A stretch of DNA of 64,000 nucleotides from an uncultured delta proteobacterium (GCA_963793865.1 CAWCBP010000001.1:1152001-1216000); one strand, 5' to 3'. Counted from the first letter of the stretch, positions 8,675 through 19,013 are shown. Program-made: numbers and translations. Notes: generated by a model from the sequence alone, not told the origin.

Positions 8675-10918
8675 CTAATACGTGCACCAGGGCACGGTCG
8701 CGCAGGAGGGACAGGGGGTTTTGTATGAACTTCTGCCGAAATCTGACTTGAATGATGCAGCGTCAGATCCGTCAACATTACCATTGCAGGCAAAATCGCC
8801 GTTACAGGGGTCAGCATTGGTACAGGGTCTTTTGTACGAACTTCTGCCATAATCTGCTTTAAAAGTTGCTGCATCACCGCCATCCACATCCAGGTCATTA
8901 TCAAAGTTGCCTTCGCACTCACAGGCATTGCCGCACCCGTTCCCACCCGGAGGTAAAGTGTCTTCCTGGGCGGGATTGGAGTCACTGGGGCAATTATCAC
9001 AGGCATCCCCCGGTCCATCGCTGTCAGCATCCTCCTCAAGCATGCTGCAAACTCCCGAGGTGCCGCACCATTCATTACTCAAGCACGGCTCACCAATCTT
9101 ACCGCTCGTGCAGGTGCCTACAACCGGGCCATTTGCCGCTGCAGAGCAATTATCATCGCCATCGGCAATCCCGTCACAATCGTCATCGGTTGCTGAAGTG
9201 ACTGTAAATACATATCGCTTTAAATCATTATTGTACTGGTTGGTTTCACCCGTGGTGAGGGTTATACTATAATCTTTACAGCAGCCTGCATCCTGAAAAT
9301 TATAATCGTAGGTAAAAGTCTTTATGTCTTCGGGTGCAACGTCTGCCTGGGTTAAAATAGCGCTCGTCGGATTCAGACAGCCGGGATCATCGGTGGTGTT
9401 ACAGATGGTAATGCCACTATTAATGGTCCTTAAACCGGTTCCGTTATTCTGCACATTCCAGCTAATCCGTTTGGAGCCTGATCCAAGGGTATCTCTGCCG
9501 TAATCATTATAGCCAAAGCACCCGGGGAGTCCCGTTCCCACCTCGCTTAACTTTGCCCCTACAATAGCTAAATCCGTTGCCGGTGCCTCCGCACGCGGGG
9601 TCATATCCGCATAATTGCGAGGACTGAAAGGATAGCGCGACTGCTTGACAAAGTAGGTGTTGATCTCCTTGCTCTTATCAATAACCCATTGATTGGCTTC
9701 ACCGGAGGAGGGATGAAATCCGTTAGATCCATCGCCGAGCTCATATTGCCCGATTTTCCCCTCACTGGGGTGTCCATAGGCATATATAGATGAATCATCA
9801 TAGGGCATTTCATACATAATCATCTGGATGGTCCGCCTGGAATGATTGTCGGGGGCAAGAATGCAATTGATTTCAGTCCATGCCCAGTTATAATACTGTC
9901 CCGTAAACCTGCTGCCGCCGCATATTCCAGCAGCGGCTACATAACCATCCGTCTGATTGTAGAGGGGAGGATCTGGCAACGGAACTTCAGACTCATCGGC
10001 CGACGCAGCGCTGGCTGCCGCTATGGTCGTAGTGGTATGGGTAAAGGTTGTAAGATACATGAGCGGACTGGGAAGAGAAGGGTCATTATTATACATATCC
10101 GCAGATTCATGAGCCAGATAGTCACCTAAGCCGGTCGCTTCGGATATAGCCAGCATTGCCTGGGCATTGGAATGATGATGGAGAATCAGGCTGATCATAT
10201 GGTTATGGATGAATTGTTTGACAACCTTGCTTTCGGGGGCGGCAAAAGCGACGCCACCATTATAAGTAGTTGATAAACAGTCGGAAGATTCCCAGAACTT
10301 GTAGGAAAACGTACGGTTGATGTCTATGCCTATATTGGTGCCTCCCGGTTTTGCCGCACAGCTTACGTCCTGTAGATTCATTCTCCATCCCACGTAATCA
10401 TCAGCGTGGTAGGTCGTATCAGTCCAGAAGCTTCCCGGGTCGCCACTATTCAGATCATCCCTTACCCTCCCGTCCGGATTAATCATCGGGATGAACCAGA
10501 TTTCAAAATTGTCAACCAGCTCCACCACGTCCGCATGGTCGGGATGAAGGTCATCATAGTAAGCATCAAACAGGTATTGGATATACGTTACGGTGCCCTC
10601 TGAACCTAACCATTCATTGGAATGGATACCAGCGTCAATAAGAATGTCGGGTTCGGTTTCATCATCGGTTGCGGGATCGTCAGAGATTTTTACTGCATAA
10701 ATAGGGTTACCAAGGAAGCTCTCTCCTATTATTTGCAGCGAAAACACATCGGGTGTTTTCGATGAAGATTGCGCCTCGAGATTCTCGAGCACCGCTACCA
10801 TTTCATTATAATCATAGTAGTCGTACTTGTAATCTGCAGGCGCATCAATTACCGTAAACGCCAGCAATGAAACCACCATCCCTCCAATTACAGCCAGAAT
10901 GAAACGTATTGTACCCAT
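8675..10918 (-). CDS. Secreted M14-family zinc carboxypeptidase with TSP3-like repeats and C-terminal dockerin-like module (type A)
   Basis: SD GGAGG before ATG 10918; signal peptide; GIHSNEW (HxxE), PMINPDG, DINRTF, APES; DxDxDG..D..DNC repeats; same tail as the M1 gene. Confidence 0.9.
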   Translation of the reverse strand: MGTIRFILAVIGGMVVSLLAFTVIDAPADYKYDYYDYNEMVAVLENLEAQSSSKTPDVFSLQIIGESFLGNPIYAVKISDDPATDDETEPDILIDAGIHSNEWLGSEGTVTYIQYLFDAYYDDLHPDHADVVELVDNFEIWFIPMINPDGRVRDDLNSGDPGSFWTDTTYHADDYVGWRMNLQDVSCAAKPGGTNIGIDINRTFSYKFWESSDCLSTTYNGGVAFAAPESKVVKQFIHNHMISLILHHHSNAQAMLAISEATGLGDYLAHESADMYNNDPSLPSPLMYLTTFTHTTTTIAAASAASADESEVPLPDPPLYNQTDGYVAAAGICGGSRFTGQYYNWAWTEINCILAPDNHSRRTIQMIMYEMPYDDSSIYAYGHPSEGKIGQYELGDGSNGFHPSSGEANQWVIDKSKEINTYFVKQSRYPFSPRNYADMTPRAEAPATDLAIVGAKLSEVGTGLPGCFGYNDYGRDTLGSGSKRISWNVQNNGTGLRTINSGITICNTTDDPGCLNPTSAILTQADVAPEDIKTFTYDYNFQDAGCCKDYSITLTTGETNQYNNDLKRYVFTVTSATDDDCDGIADGDDNCSAAANGPVVGTCTSGKIGEPCLSNEWCGTSGVCSMLEEDADSDGPGDACDNCPSDSNPAQEDTLPPGGNGCGNACECEGNFDNDLDVDGGDAATFKADYGRSSYKRPCTNADPCNGDFACNGNVDGSDAASFKSDFGRSSYKTPCPSCATVPWCTY

Positions 10919-10948
10919 CGAAGCACCTCCTTGTTTTACCACAATGTC

Positions 10949-10991
10949 AATAAAAAACCCTTTTACGGGATACAAAAATCCTGTAAAAGGG
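10949..10991 (-). terminator. Intrinsic terminator inside the 5' leader of the M14 gene
   Basis: Minus strand CCCTTTTACAGGAT-loop-ATCCCGTAAAAGGG followed by TTTTTTATT, about 30 nt before the start codon. Confidence 0.6.
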
Positions 10992-11375
10992 CAATCGAGC
11001 AATGTACAATTACCACGCCACTCGGGGTCATAATAATATAATACCCCAACTTAATGTGTGAGAAATTAATAATCTTTCTTTGTATATATATCAAATGATA
11101 TTAATCGTGTCAAGCTGGTAATTGCTGATAGCAATAAAAACAAGGATTTATCCACCGGATATATAAAAACTCCGTTATTACATTCGATAAAAGAAGAAAG
11201 ACGCTTTCTATTAAAATGGCTGTTTAATTAATTGATTTCGATGAATACTTTCAGTATTATTTTACATATTATGCTGGCGTTGATAAACATTTGATGTGTG
11301 GTATGAATATTTTAATACTTAAAACAATATCATGCTGCACGCATAACTCTCATCATATGACAGGAGGATGAAGAA

Positions 11376-12653
11376 ATGCATTATGATCTTGTAATAGTGG
11401 GGGCCGGACCGGCCGGGTTGATGGCCGCACGCACTGCCGCCCGGGAGGGGCTGAAGGTGCTGCTGGTGGAGCGGCGAAAGCAGATCAGCCGCGTGAGGCG
11501 CTACTGCAGCCAGATGATCCGCGTGGGCAGCGGGGGGTTCAGCTCCCGCAAGATACCAACCGACATGGCGATCAGGAGCATCTTTGTCACCTTTGACATC
11601 GACTATCGGAAGTGCGTGCTCCGTCTGCAGCATGTTGACGATGATGTTGCCGTCAGTTACCGGGGCATGCTTGCACCCTACTGCAACGAAACATGGGTGT
11701 CCCCTTCCGGCTGCCATTTCAATACCGAGGAGTCCGACGGGCACATTTACGGCTTCCAGATTGACAAGGGCGCCCTTCTGGCCGGACTCGCGGAAGAATG
11801 CGAGCAGGCCGGCTGCGCTGTCCAATGCGACGCCGTTTGTTGCGATATTGCGGAAAGCTCAAAGGCGGTCACGCTCATGCTTAAGGGAGCGCGCGGATCG
11901 GCAAGCATAACGGCAGAACGGGTTATCCTGGCGGACGGGGCATTTTCATCCCTGGTGCAAAGGATGGGTTTTAACCGGGACCGGTCTGAAGGAGGACCGC
12001 GGCTGAAATTTCTTACCTACATTCTTGACCGGGTTGAGAGCCCTTTTTCTCCCGACCACTACATGCAATTGTGCGCGCCCTCCGTCTTCCCCGGTCTGAT
12101 CAACCTGGGGCTCTGGACGAACCGCACCTTTCACCTGGGCATTGCCGCGCCTCTCTTTACCCAAATGGACCTGCCGGGAATCCTGAACCGCGTTATGACC
12201 GCTTCCCCGTTCGCCTCCTGGTTCAGATCATCACAGGTGATTGACCGCCTGGGGTGCACCATGTCGCTGCGGCCCGCGATTTGGGAACCTGCCGGGGGAA
12301 GGATCATTTGCTGCGGTGACAGCGCGGCCTTTGCCGAAACGTCCATCAAGGGAGCGCTGGGGTGCGGGTACAAGGCCGCCGGGGCGAGCAAAACCGCCCT
12401 TGAAGGCGGTGACGGCAACGGGGAGTACAACAGGTTCTGGCAGCAGGCATTTTATTTCCACAGCCGGCAATATCTCGGTTTCAGCAAAGAAACCTATCCT
12501 GTTGCCCGTGTCCTGGCCGATGACGAGGTGGACACCCTTTACGGATGGCTCCGGGACAACAACCTGCATGGTTTGCCGGGGGATGTGCTTTCGGATAATC
12601 TGAACCGCCTCAGGGAAGAGCTGCCGGCCATTGCGGGAAAAATAGCGCAATAA
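11376..12653 (+). CDS. FAD-dependent oxidoreductase, geranylgeranyl reductase-like family
   Basis: YDLVIVGAGPAG Rossmann motif, VILADGAFS, CGDSAAF. Confidence 0.8.
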   Translation: MHYDLVIVGAGPAGLMAARTAAREGLKVLLVERRKQISRVRRYCSQMIRVGSGGFSSRKIPTDMAIRSIFVTFDIDYRKCVLRLQHVDDDVAVSYRGMLAPYCNETWVSPSGCHFNTEESDGHIYGFQIDKGALLAGLAEECEQAGCAVQCDAVCCDIAESSKAVTLMLKGARGSASITAERVILADGAFSSLVQRMGFNRDRSEGGPRLKFLTYILDRVESPFSPDHYMQLCAPSVFPGLINLGLWTNRTFHLGIAAPLFTQMDLPGILNRVMTASPFASWFRSSQVIDRLGCTMSLRPAIWEPAGGRIICCGDSAAFAETSIKGALGCGYKAAGASKTALEGGDGNGEYNRFWQQAFYFHSRQYLGFSKETYPVARVLADDEVDTLYGWLRDNNLHGLPGDVLSDNLNRLREELPAIAGKIAQ

Positions 12654-12675
12654 TCCTGTTCAACAAACTGCCGTG

Positions 12676-13299
12676 TTACTTGAGCCGTGTAACCGCTTCG
12701 GTGGCGGGATCAAACCAGGGGCTGAGCACTCCCTGCAGCTCTCCCGCCAATTGCAGATTTCCCATCTCCTTAAGATTGGTATAGGCATTGACTGCAAGGT
12801 CCTTGTTGTCCGTGACGACGGCGAGGAGGCCTGCGTCAAAAAAGGCACCGGACGCCTCGGCAGTGTTGCCGTTTCTCCGGTAGGCAATACCCAGTTTGTA
12901 ATGAGCGTTTGCCGCCTCGGGATTTAAGATGACCGCTTTATTCAATGTTTCGATGGCTTCATCAAGCATGCCTTCGGCAAGATAAAGACCTCCGAGATGA
13001 AGGTAAGAGCCGTCGTGATTGGGGTTTGCCTCAATTGCTTTCCTGAATTCGGTTATACCTTCATCCGCTCTGCCCTGCATTTCATAAATCCATCCCAGGT
13101 AAAAATGGGCGGTCAGATTACCGGGATCAAGTGTCAGCGTCCGCTTAAAGAGACGGACGGCTTCTTCCTGATGGGCGGCCATAAATGCCTTTCGCGCTTT
13201 TTCATTCAATCTTCCGGCATCATCCCCGCAGCCTGAACTGCCCAGGAAGACAACGGCCATCGCCATCCAGCAGACCATTCTGTTCGCCGCATTATTCAT
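12676..13299 (-). CDS. TPR-repeat protein, probable lipoprotein
   Basis: Hydrophobic N-terminus ending SSGC; repeats AHFYLG, SYLHLG, AHYKLG. Confidence 0.85.
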   Translation of the reverse strand: MNNAANRMVCWMAMAVVFLGSSGCGDDAGRLNEKARKAFMAAHQEEAVRLFKRTLTLDPGNLTAHFYLGWIYEMQGRADEGITEFRKAIEANPNHDGSYLHLGGLYLAEGMLDEAIETLNKAVILNPEAANAHYKLGIAYRRNGNTAEASGAFFDAGLLAVVTDNKDLAVNAYTNLKEMGNLQLAGELQGVLSPWFDPATEAVTRLK

Positions 13300-13326
13300 C
13301 TTTGTGTTTCCCCCGCACCGCCCCCG

Positions 13327-14185
13327 CTAATATTTTACCACCGGGGGAAAGCTTGACGCCTCGATAACGGCAATGGGAATATTGTTTTCCCGCATGATCC
13401 TGGTGCCCAGGCTTTCAACCAGCATCCACTCAACCAGCCTGGCCCTCGTCGCGTACATTCTGGTGTAGTCATCGTCCCGCATGCGGTCCTGGGCATGAAG
13501 TTCAATGATCCTCCGGTAGGTGGGAACGGCCATGTTCATCACGTCATCGATGAAGGGAATGTCCTTTTCTTCAAAAAATCCCATCAGTCCGCAGGCACCG
13601 GCACTGCCGCCAAAGGTGCCGCGGCCCTGAATAAACGCATTCAATTCTGCGAAATTCTGCCCGTGCCTGGTAGCACAGCGATTCTGCCGCCCTGGAAAAC
13701 AGTTCCTTTTCAGCCTCCCGCGGCTCCCCGTCCTGGATGATGAGATCAGTATACAGGATGATATACCTGCCTGAATCCTCAACGTTGGTCAAATCGGTCA
13801 TGATAAACAGGGCGGGGATTTTTGGATTGGCCGGGTAAATAATCGCTTCAAAGCGGTTGATGCTCCCCGGCGCCCCGTTAATGGTACCATGAGTTATGTT
13901 CAGGAAGGAAACGGTAGCCTTTTCCAGAAACAACCCTGATGAGCGGCTGATGCTTGCCGACCACGCGTCCGAATGATTGTGCTGCAGATGCTTGAACGAA
14001 TCTGCCCCGTTCAGCTCGGCGTAACAGTCCCTGAAGGACAGCGCATAGCCCTCTTTTGGAAACTCCGCGTCATTTCCCGCAACGCCCTCCATAGCTGGAA
14101 GATCTCCTTTCCCGGCCCGGGCATAACACGCGAACGGTGAGAATGCATCTGCCGCCGCCGCTCTTCCACGGGTTACGCTTTTCAT
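13327..14185 (-). pseudogene. Divergent coproporphyrinogen III oxidase (HemF)-fold protein, split by a +1 frameshift near 13672 (possible sequencing error)
   Basis: GLFLEKATVSF, IIYPANPKIP, RARLVEWMLVESLGT and EASSFPPVVKY resemble HemF blocks; ORFs 13571-14185 and 13327-13782 join by removing one base. Confidence 0.6.
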
Positions 14186-14425
14186 GCGGCGGCGAAGACG
14201 ATGAGAAATCGAAGCCCCGGCGCGTATACACTTGACGAATTTTTGCTATGTGATAGGATAGCCGAAAAATTGCATCAGATCGAACCATATCAAAAACGAC
14301 CGGCATGTCAATATCTTTACTTTATGACCATTAAAGGAGGCGATGGAAATGTGAGCAGGCAATCATTACTGCGTATCTCAGATTAAACAGTACCGCACAG
14401 AGCCGCTAACAATAAGGAGGTTTAC

Positions 14426-14944
14426 ATGAAGCCCCGGAGCATTCACATCGTTAAGCTGGTTGCATGCATCACCATTATACTGGCGGGCAGCCTCTTTGCC
14501 CGCGCTGCGAATTTCTCCCCCGAGAAGAGCATTATCGACAACCTGAGCGGGGATGCTTCATTCACCACCCTGATGAAAGCGCTTCAGGCCGCCGGCCTGA
14601 TGGAGACCCTGAAGGGGAACGGCCCGTTTACCGTTTTTGCCCCCAATGACGCGGCATTTGCCAGATTGCCCAAAGGCATGCTTGATGACCTGCTGAAACC
14701 GGAAAACAAGGCCAGGCTTGCATCCATTCTTACCTACCATGTAATGCCCGGCAAGTTCACGGCTGCCGAGGTGGAGAAGATGAAGCAGCTGGATACCGTC
14801 AACGGCGATCAGCTCATCTTTACCGTCAGCGGCAATATAAAAGCCGTTGATAATGCCAAGGTGCTGCAAACCGACATTGCCTGCAGCAACGGTCTTATAC
14901 ATATCATCGATACGCCGGTCATTCCTCCTACAACACAACCCTGA
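14426..14944 (+). CDS. Secreted fasciclin (FAS1) domain protein
   Basis: SD AAGGAGG; signal peptide; GPFTVFAPND.AF, ILTYHV, NGLIHIID. Confidence 0.95.
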   Translation: MKPRSIHIVKLVACITIILAGSLFARAANFSPEKSIIDNLSGDASFTTLMKALQAAGLMETLKGNGPFTVFAPNDAAFARLPKGMLDDLLKPENKARLASILTYHVMPGKFTAAEVEKMKQLDTVNGDQLIFTVSGNIKAVDNAKVLQTDIACSNGLIHIIDTPVIPPTTQP

Positions 14945-14953
14945 AAGACGAAC

Positions 14954-14987
14954 AGGGCCGGGTGTGTCTCCTGCCCGGCCCTTCTTT
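14954..14987 (+). terminator. Intrinsic terminator after the fasciclin gene
   Basis: AGGGCCGGG...CCCGGCCCT stem then TCTTT, between convergent genes. Confidence 0.6.
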
Positions 14988-14993
14988 AAGCAA

Positions 14994-16250
14994 CTACAGC
15001 GTTTCCTTTCCCCGCCGCAGCTTCCGCTGAAGCCTCCTCAGGCGCACCATGAGACTTTCCTTCAGCAGCTCCCTCACACGTTCCGGATGCAGTTGCTGCA
15101 TCAGTGAAAACTGTTCCAGCGCGCGCTCGGTATAGTTTCGCGCCTTGTGCAGGTCGGCGAGATGATGCTCGTAGATCTTCGCCAGCTCTTCATACGGTTC
15201 CGGGGAAAACCCCCGGCAGGTGAGAGCGGCCTCCCAGAGATGGACAGCTTCCTCAAAGTTCCTTTTCCGCTTGTGCAGCCTGGCCTTCCCCAGCATCAGC
15301 TGCTTTCTTTCCTCCTCCCCGCCGCTGCCCTCCATGAGCCTGTCATAAAAGTCGGGGCTCATCTCTTCCCGGTCCACCTCCTCTACCATGCGCGCCATTG
15401 AGAGCCGGTCTACGGGAAGGTAATCGCCTGCCCCTTCCCGGGAAAAGAGCATAAGCATCACATCGAGCAGGGCCACCATGCTCAGGATATCCAGCTGATT
15501 GTGGTAGAACACGTCCTGCAACGGGCTCGGGTCGGAGGTGCGCAGGTAGCGGAAATACATTTCCGGTATAAGATATGCCGGCACATCTCCATGCCGGGTT
15601 ACCCCCGCCAGGGCGCCCTCAAGGGTCTTGAGCGCGCAGTCGGGAAGATGCCTCCGCCAGAGGCGCCGTGAGGGATAGAGAAGGTCAATGTGGACTTCGG
15701 CCGCCGGGATATGCGAAAATCGCTGCAGCACCGCGCGGTTGTGGAGCAGGGGCAGATCGTAGCATTTGCCGTTAAAGGTTACCAGTGCGCCATGGACACA
15801 GGCCGTGCTTTCCAACCGGTTAAAAAATTGCCCGAGCACTGCCCGCTCCTCTGCAAAGCGGCGGACAAAATATTGCTCGATCACAAACTGATCGCGATCA
15901 AAATAGCCGACGCCCACCAGAAATGCCATGGTGCCCGCTCCGCCTGCCAGGCCGGTGGTCTCTGTATCCATGAAGAGCAGGTTCTGGGGGAACATCTTCC
16001 CTGACAGCTGCCGCCTGGCGGTAAAACGAAGATGCTCAAGGTCTCTTTCCAGGAAATTTCCCAGCAGGAAATTGCCATGGCGGTGCGACAGGCTCAACTC
16101 CGTCCTGATGTGCCAGTATGAGCCGCAGGCATTATTCTCCACATTACCCGGGATCAGGCGTGCATAATCAAGCTCGGCCTTCCCGCTCACCGGCGGATTT
16201 GCCGCATACCTGTTTGGATCCAAACGCGCGAGCCTGTCCTTGAAATCCAT
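14994..16250 (-). CDS. RNase H-like (YprB/MrfB-type) exonuclease with C-terminal TPRs
   Basis: FMDTETTGL, VTFNGK.YDLP, HIDLL, YHNQLD DEDD motifs; TPR tail; downstream of a DUF1998 helicase. Confidence 0.9.
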   Translation of the reverse strand: MDFKDRLARLDPNRYAANPPVSGKAELDYARLIPGNVENNACGSYWHIRTELSLSHRHGNFLLGNFLERDLEHLRFTARRQLSGKMFPQNLLFMDTETTGLAGGAGTMAFLVGVGYFDRDQFVIEQYFVRRFAEERAVLGQFFNRLESTACVHGALVTFNGKCYDLPLLHNRAVLQRFSHIPAAEVHIDLLYPSRRLWRRHLPDCALKTLEGALAGVTRHGDVPAYLIPEMYFRYLRTSDPSPLQDVFYHNQLDILSMVALLDVMLMLFSREGAGDYLPVDRLSMARMVEEVDREEMSPDFYDRLMEGSGGEEERKQLMLGKARLHKRKRNFEEAVHLWEAALTCRGFSPEPYEELAKIYEHHLADLHKARNYTERALEQFSLMQQLHPERVRELLKESLMVRLRRLQRKLRRGKETL

Positions 16251-16321
16251 AAGATACCAGTTAAGCAAATATTTCTAAGTAACTGTTATATAAGCTCTTA
16301 TAAACCTGACCTGCCCTCTAG

Positions 16322-16472
16322 AAGATTGTTGAAAAAATAGTTTTTCTCAGGCTGTTCAAAAACATCCAGATGCAAGGCACGCGAAATCCTGAGGAATGAG
16401 GCGTACACGCGAGTACGCTGCAATGACGAAGGATGAGCGTAACGCAGCAGATGGGTGTTTTTCAACAGCCTG
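16322..16472. mobile_element. MITE with IS5-like terminal inverted repeats, copy 1
   Basis: Ends AAGATTGTTGAAAAA / TTTTTCAACAGCCTG flanked by CTAG and TTAG; nearly identical to 53069-53221; no transposase. Confidence 0.75.
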
Positions 16473-18759
16473 TTAGGCCTTTCTCGATAATGCGCAGAGT
16501 ACTCGCCTTACCCAAGGGCCCCACTTCCAGAACCGGGCCGACACAGGACGGACATCCGGCTTCGCAGGGACAGGTGCGGATAAGTTCCCGCGCCGCCTGG
16601 AGCAGGTCCCCATGCATCTCATACAGCTTTTCGCTGAATCCAACCCCGCCGGGATAGCACTCGTACACGAAGAGCGTGGCCTGCCGGTGAAAGGGTGATT
16701 TGAGCATGGGAACGGCCCTGATGTCCCGGGGATCGCACATCACGTAAAGCGAGGCAACCGTTCCCATAACCGTGCCGAGACCTTTCATGGCTGAGGCGAA
16801 ATCAAGACCCTCGCGCTTCATTTCAATCTCGATCGACTCATCAAGCTGCCACATGTAGGAGGTGGTATGCATCTCCAGCTCCGGAAGGTTGATCCTGCCG
16901 TACCCGATGTTTTCATGGGAGCCGAACTTTATCTTCTTGTACTGGGTGGGGGTGGTGGTGACGGACACCTCCCCGTGGGCCTGCGCGGCCGGGCCCTGCC
17001 GCTTCTCCTCAAAAATATCGAGCACTTTTATGTCCGTTTTCGCCTCGGCGTCGGTGTAATAGTCAACGTCCACCCGGCGCACATAGGCCTTGCGCCTCTC
17101 CCAGTCCAGGGTGTCAACGTGGCACTGCTGACCCTGGTGCACATAAATGGCCTCCTGGTGAAGCAGCAGGGGTGTGCTGAACAGGTCCATTTCCCCGATG
17201 ACCCTGTGGTCCTTGGTGGTGGTGTCGATGATGACAAAATTGTCGGTGCTGGCGCTGCGCAGGCTGACCTGCTCAGCGGGATACACCTCGCTGGTCCAGT
17301 GAAATCTCCCGTCCTGGTGGTGAAGAACGCCGTGCTCCTCAAGGTATTCGAGAAGCTCACCGGTGGCTTCAATGCCGAACCGCTCCGCGTCCTCAAAGGG
17401 CAGCTCAAAGGCGGCGCATTTCACGTGGCTCATCAGAATCACCAGGTTGTTGGGATTGATCACGCCCTTTTCCGGCGACTGCTTGAAAAAATAGTCGGGG
17501 TGGTTCACAATGTACTGGTCGAGGGGGTGGCTTGAGGCGACCAGCAGCGCGGCGGACACGCCGGTCTTTCTCCCGGCGCGGCCTGCCTGCTGCCAGGTGC
17601 TGCTCACCGTCCCCGGGTAGCCGACCATGACGCAGCAGTCAAGCTGACCGATGTCTATGCCGAGCTCCAGCGCGTTGGTGCTCACCACTCCCCGCACGCT
17701 GCCGCTGCGCAGCCCGCTTTCTATTTCCCTCCGCTCCCGGGGCAGGTAGCCGCTCCGGTAGCCGCGCACGACATTGGCCGGCTTTCTCTGCCTGGTCATG
17801 GCTTCGCGCAGATAGGTTACCAGTATCTCCACATTCAGGCGGCTTCTGGCAAACAGGATGGTCTGTATGCCGCAGGTGAGAAACCGCAGGGCGATCTTCG
17901 TCGCCTCGTGTATGACGGAACGCCGGATGCCGAGCTGGTGGTTGACCACCGGCGGATTGTAAAAGATAAAATGTTTCGTTTCCCGCGGCGCGCCGTTGCG
18001 GTCGATGAGACGCACCGGCTCCTCAATGATCTTCTCAGCCAGCTCCTGTGGATTGGCAATGGTGGCCGAGCAGCAGATGAACTGCGGGCGGGCCTTGTAG
18101 AAGGCGCAGATGCGCTTGAGGCGCCGGATGACATTTGCCAGGTGGCTGCCGAACACCCCCCGGTAATGATGCACCTCATCAATCACCACGTAGCGCAGGT
18201 TTTCAAACAGTTTCACCCACCGCGTGTGATGGGGAAGTATGCCCTGGTGGAGCATGTCGGGATTGGTCACCACAATATGCCCCGAGGCGCGAATGGTGGT
18301 GCGCACCGCCGGCGGCGTATCGCCGTCAAAGGTGTAGGTTTTTATGTCCTCCTTAAGCAGGTCGACTATCTCCTGCAGCTCGACCACCTGGTCCTGGGAG
18401 AGCGCCTTGGTGGGAAAAAGGTAGAGCGCGCGGGCTGAAGGCTCCTCCAGTATGGACTGGATCACCGGCAGGTTATAGCAGAGCGTCTTCCCCGATGCCG
18501 TGGGCGTAACCACCACCACATGCTCATGAGCCCGCACCGATGTGTAGGCTTCCTCCTGGTGGCAGTACAGCTTCTTATATCCCATGTCGGAAAGGACGGA
18601 TCGCAGCTTTGGAAAAATATCCCCGGGGAAATCCCGGTACCGGCCCTCCTCCGGCTTGATCTCCTTCCAGAGGGCCACCTGACGCATAAAGTCCCGGTCC
18701 TTCCGCAATTCATCAAGGACCACCTTCAGTTCCCTGGGTGGAAAGTCAAGAATGGTCAT
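16462..18759 (-). CDS. DEAH-box SF2 helicase with C-terminal DUF1998 (YprA/MrfA/SftH type)
   Basis: TPTASGKT, DEVH, SAT, ELGIDIG, QQAGRAGR and C-terminal CPCEAGCPSC. Confidence 0.95.
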   Translation of the reverse strand: MTILDFPPRELKVVLDELRKDRDFMRQVALWKEIKPEEGRYRDFPGDIFPKLRSVLSDMGYKKLYCHQEEAYTSVRAHEHVVVVTPTASGKTLCYNLPVIQSILEEPSARALYLFPTKALSQDQVVELQEIVDLLKEDIKTYTFDGDTPPAVRTTIRASGHIVVTNPDMLHQGILPHHTRWVKLFENLRYVVIDEVHHYRGVFGSHLANVIRRLKRICAFYKARPQFICCSATIANPQELAEKIIEEPVRLIDRNGAPRETKHFIFYNPPVVNHQLGIRRSVIHEATKIALRFLTCGIQTILFARSRLNVEILVTYLREAMTRQRKPANVVRGYRSGYLPRERREIESGLRSGSVRGVVSTNALELGIDIGQLDCCVMVGYPGTVSSTWQQAGRAGRKTGVSAALLVASSHPLDQYIVNHPDYFFKQSPEKGVINPNNLVILMSHVKCAAFELPFEDAERFGIEATGELLEYLEEHGVLHHQDGRFHWTSEVYPAEQVSLRSASTDNFVIIDTTTKDHRVIGEMDLFSTPLLLHQEAIYVHQGQQCHVDTLDWERRKAYVRRVDVDYYTDAEAKTDIKVLDIFEEKRQGPAAQAHGEVSVTTTPTQYKKIKFGSHENIGYGRINLPELEMHTTSYMWQLDESIEIEMKREGLDFASAMKGLGTVMGTVASLYVMCDPRDIRAVPMLKSPFHRQATLFVYECYPGGVGFSEKLYEMHGDLLQAARELIRTCPCEAGCPSCVGPVLEVGPLGKASTLRIIEKGLTGC

Positions 18760-19013
18760 GTGATTTCCATCGCCCTCCGTTTAAATTATCTTTTAAATCA
18801 GCCCTGTTTGATATAGGATGCTGCGACTCATCATAATACATAACCAAAACGCCTTCAAGTTAATTGGCCAAAACGATTTGATGAAGGATTGCTATTCATG
18901 CCGCGTCCGATTATACGTGACGGCCGTGACAGCTATGGTCCCTGCATAATTCTTTTGTAGAGAAGATACATTCCGATGTCTCAACGGATTTCATTAACGG
19001 TCGGCACGTAGCC

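Noticed and set aside
6260..8973. Diversity-generating retroelement TR/VR pair
   Set aside because: Both copies are coding, differences are not adenine-specific and no reverse transcriptase is present
14994..18759. DUF1998 helicase as a DISARM/Druantia-type defence system
   Set aside because: Paired with a YprB-type exonuclease as in MrfAB DNA repair; no methylase or other defence genes nearby
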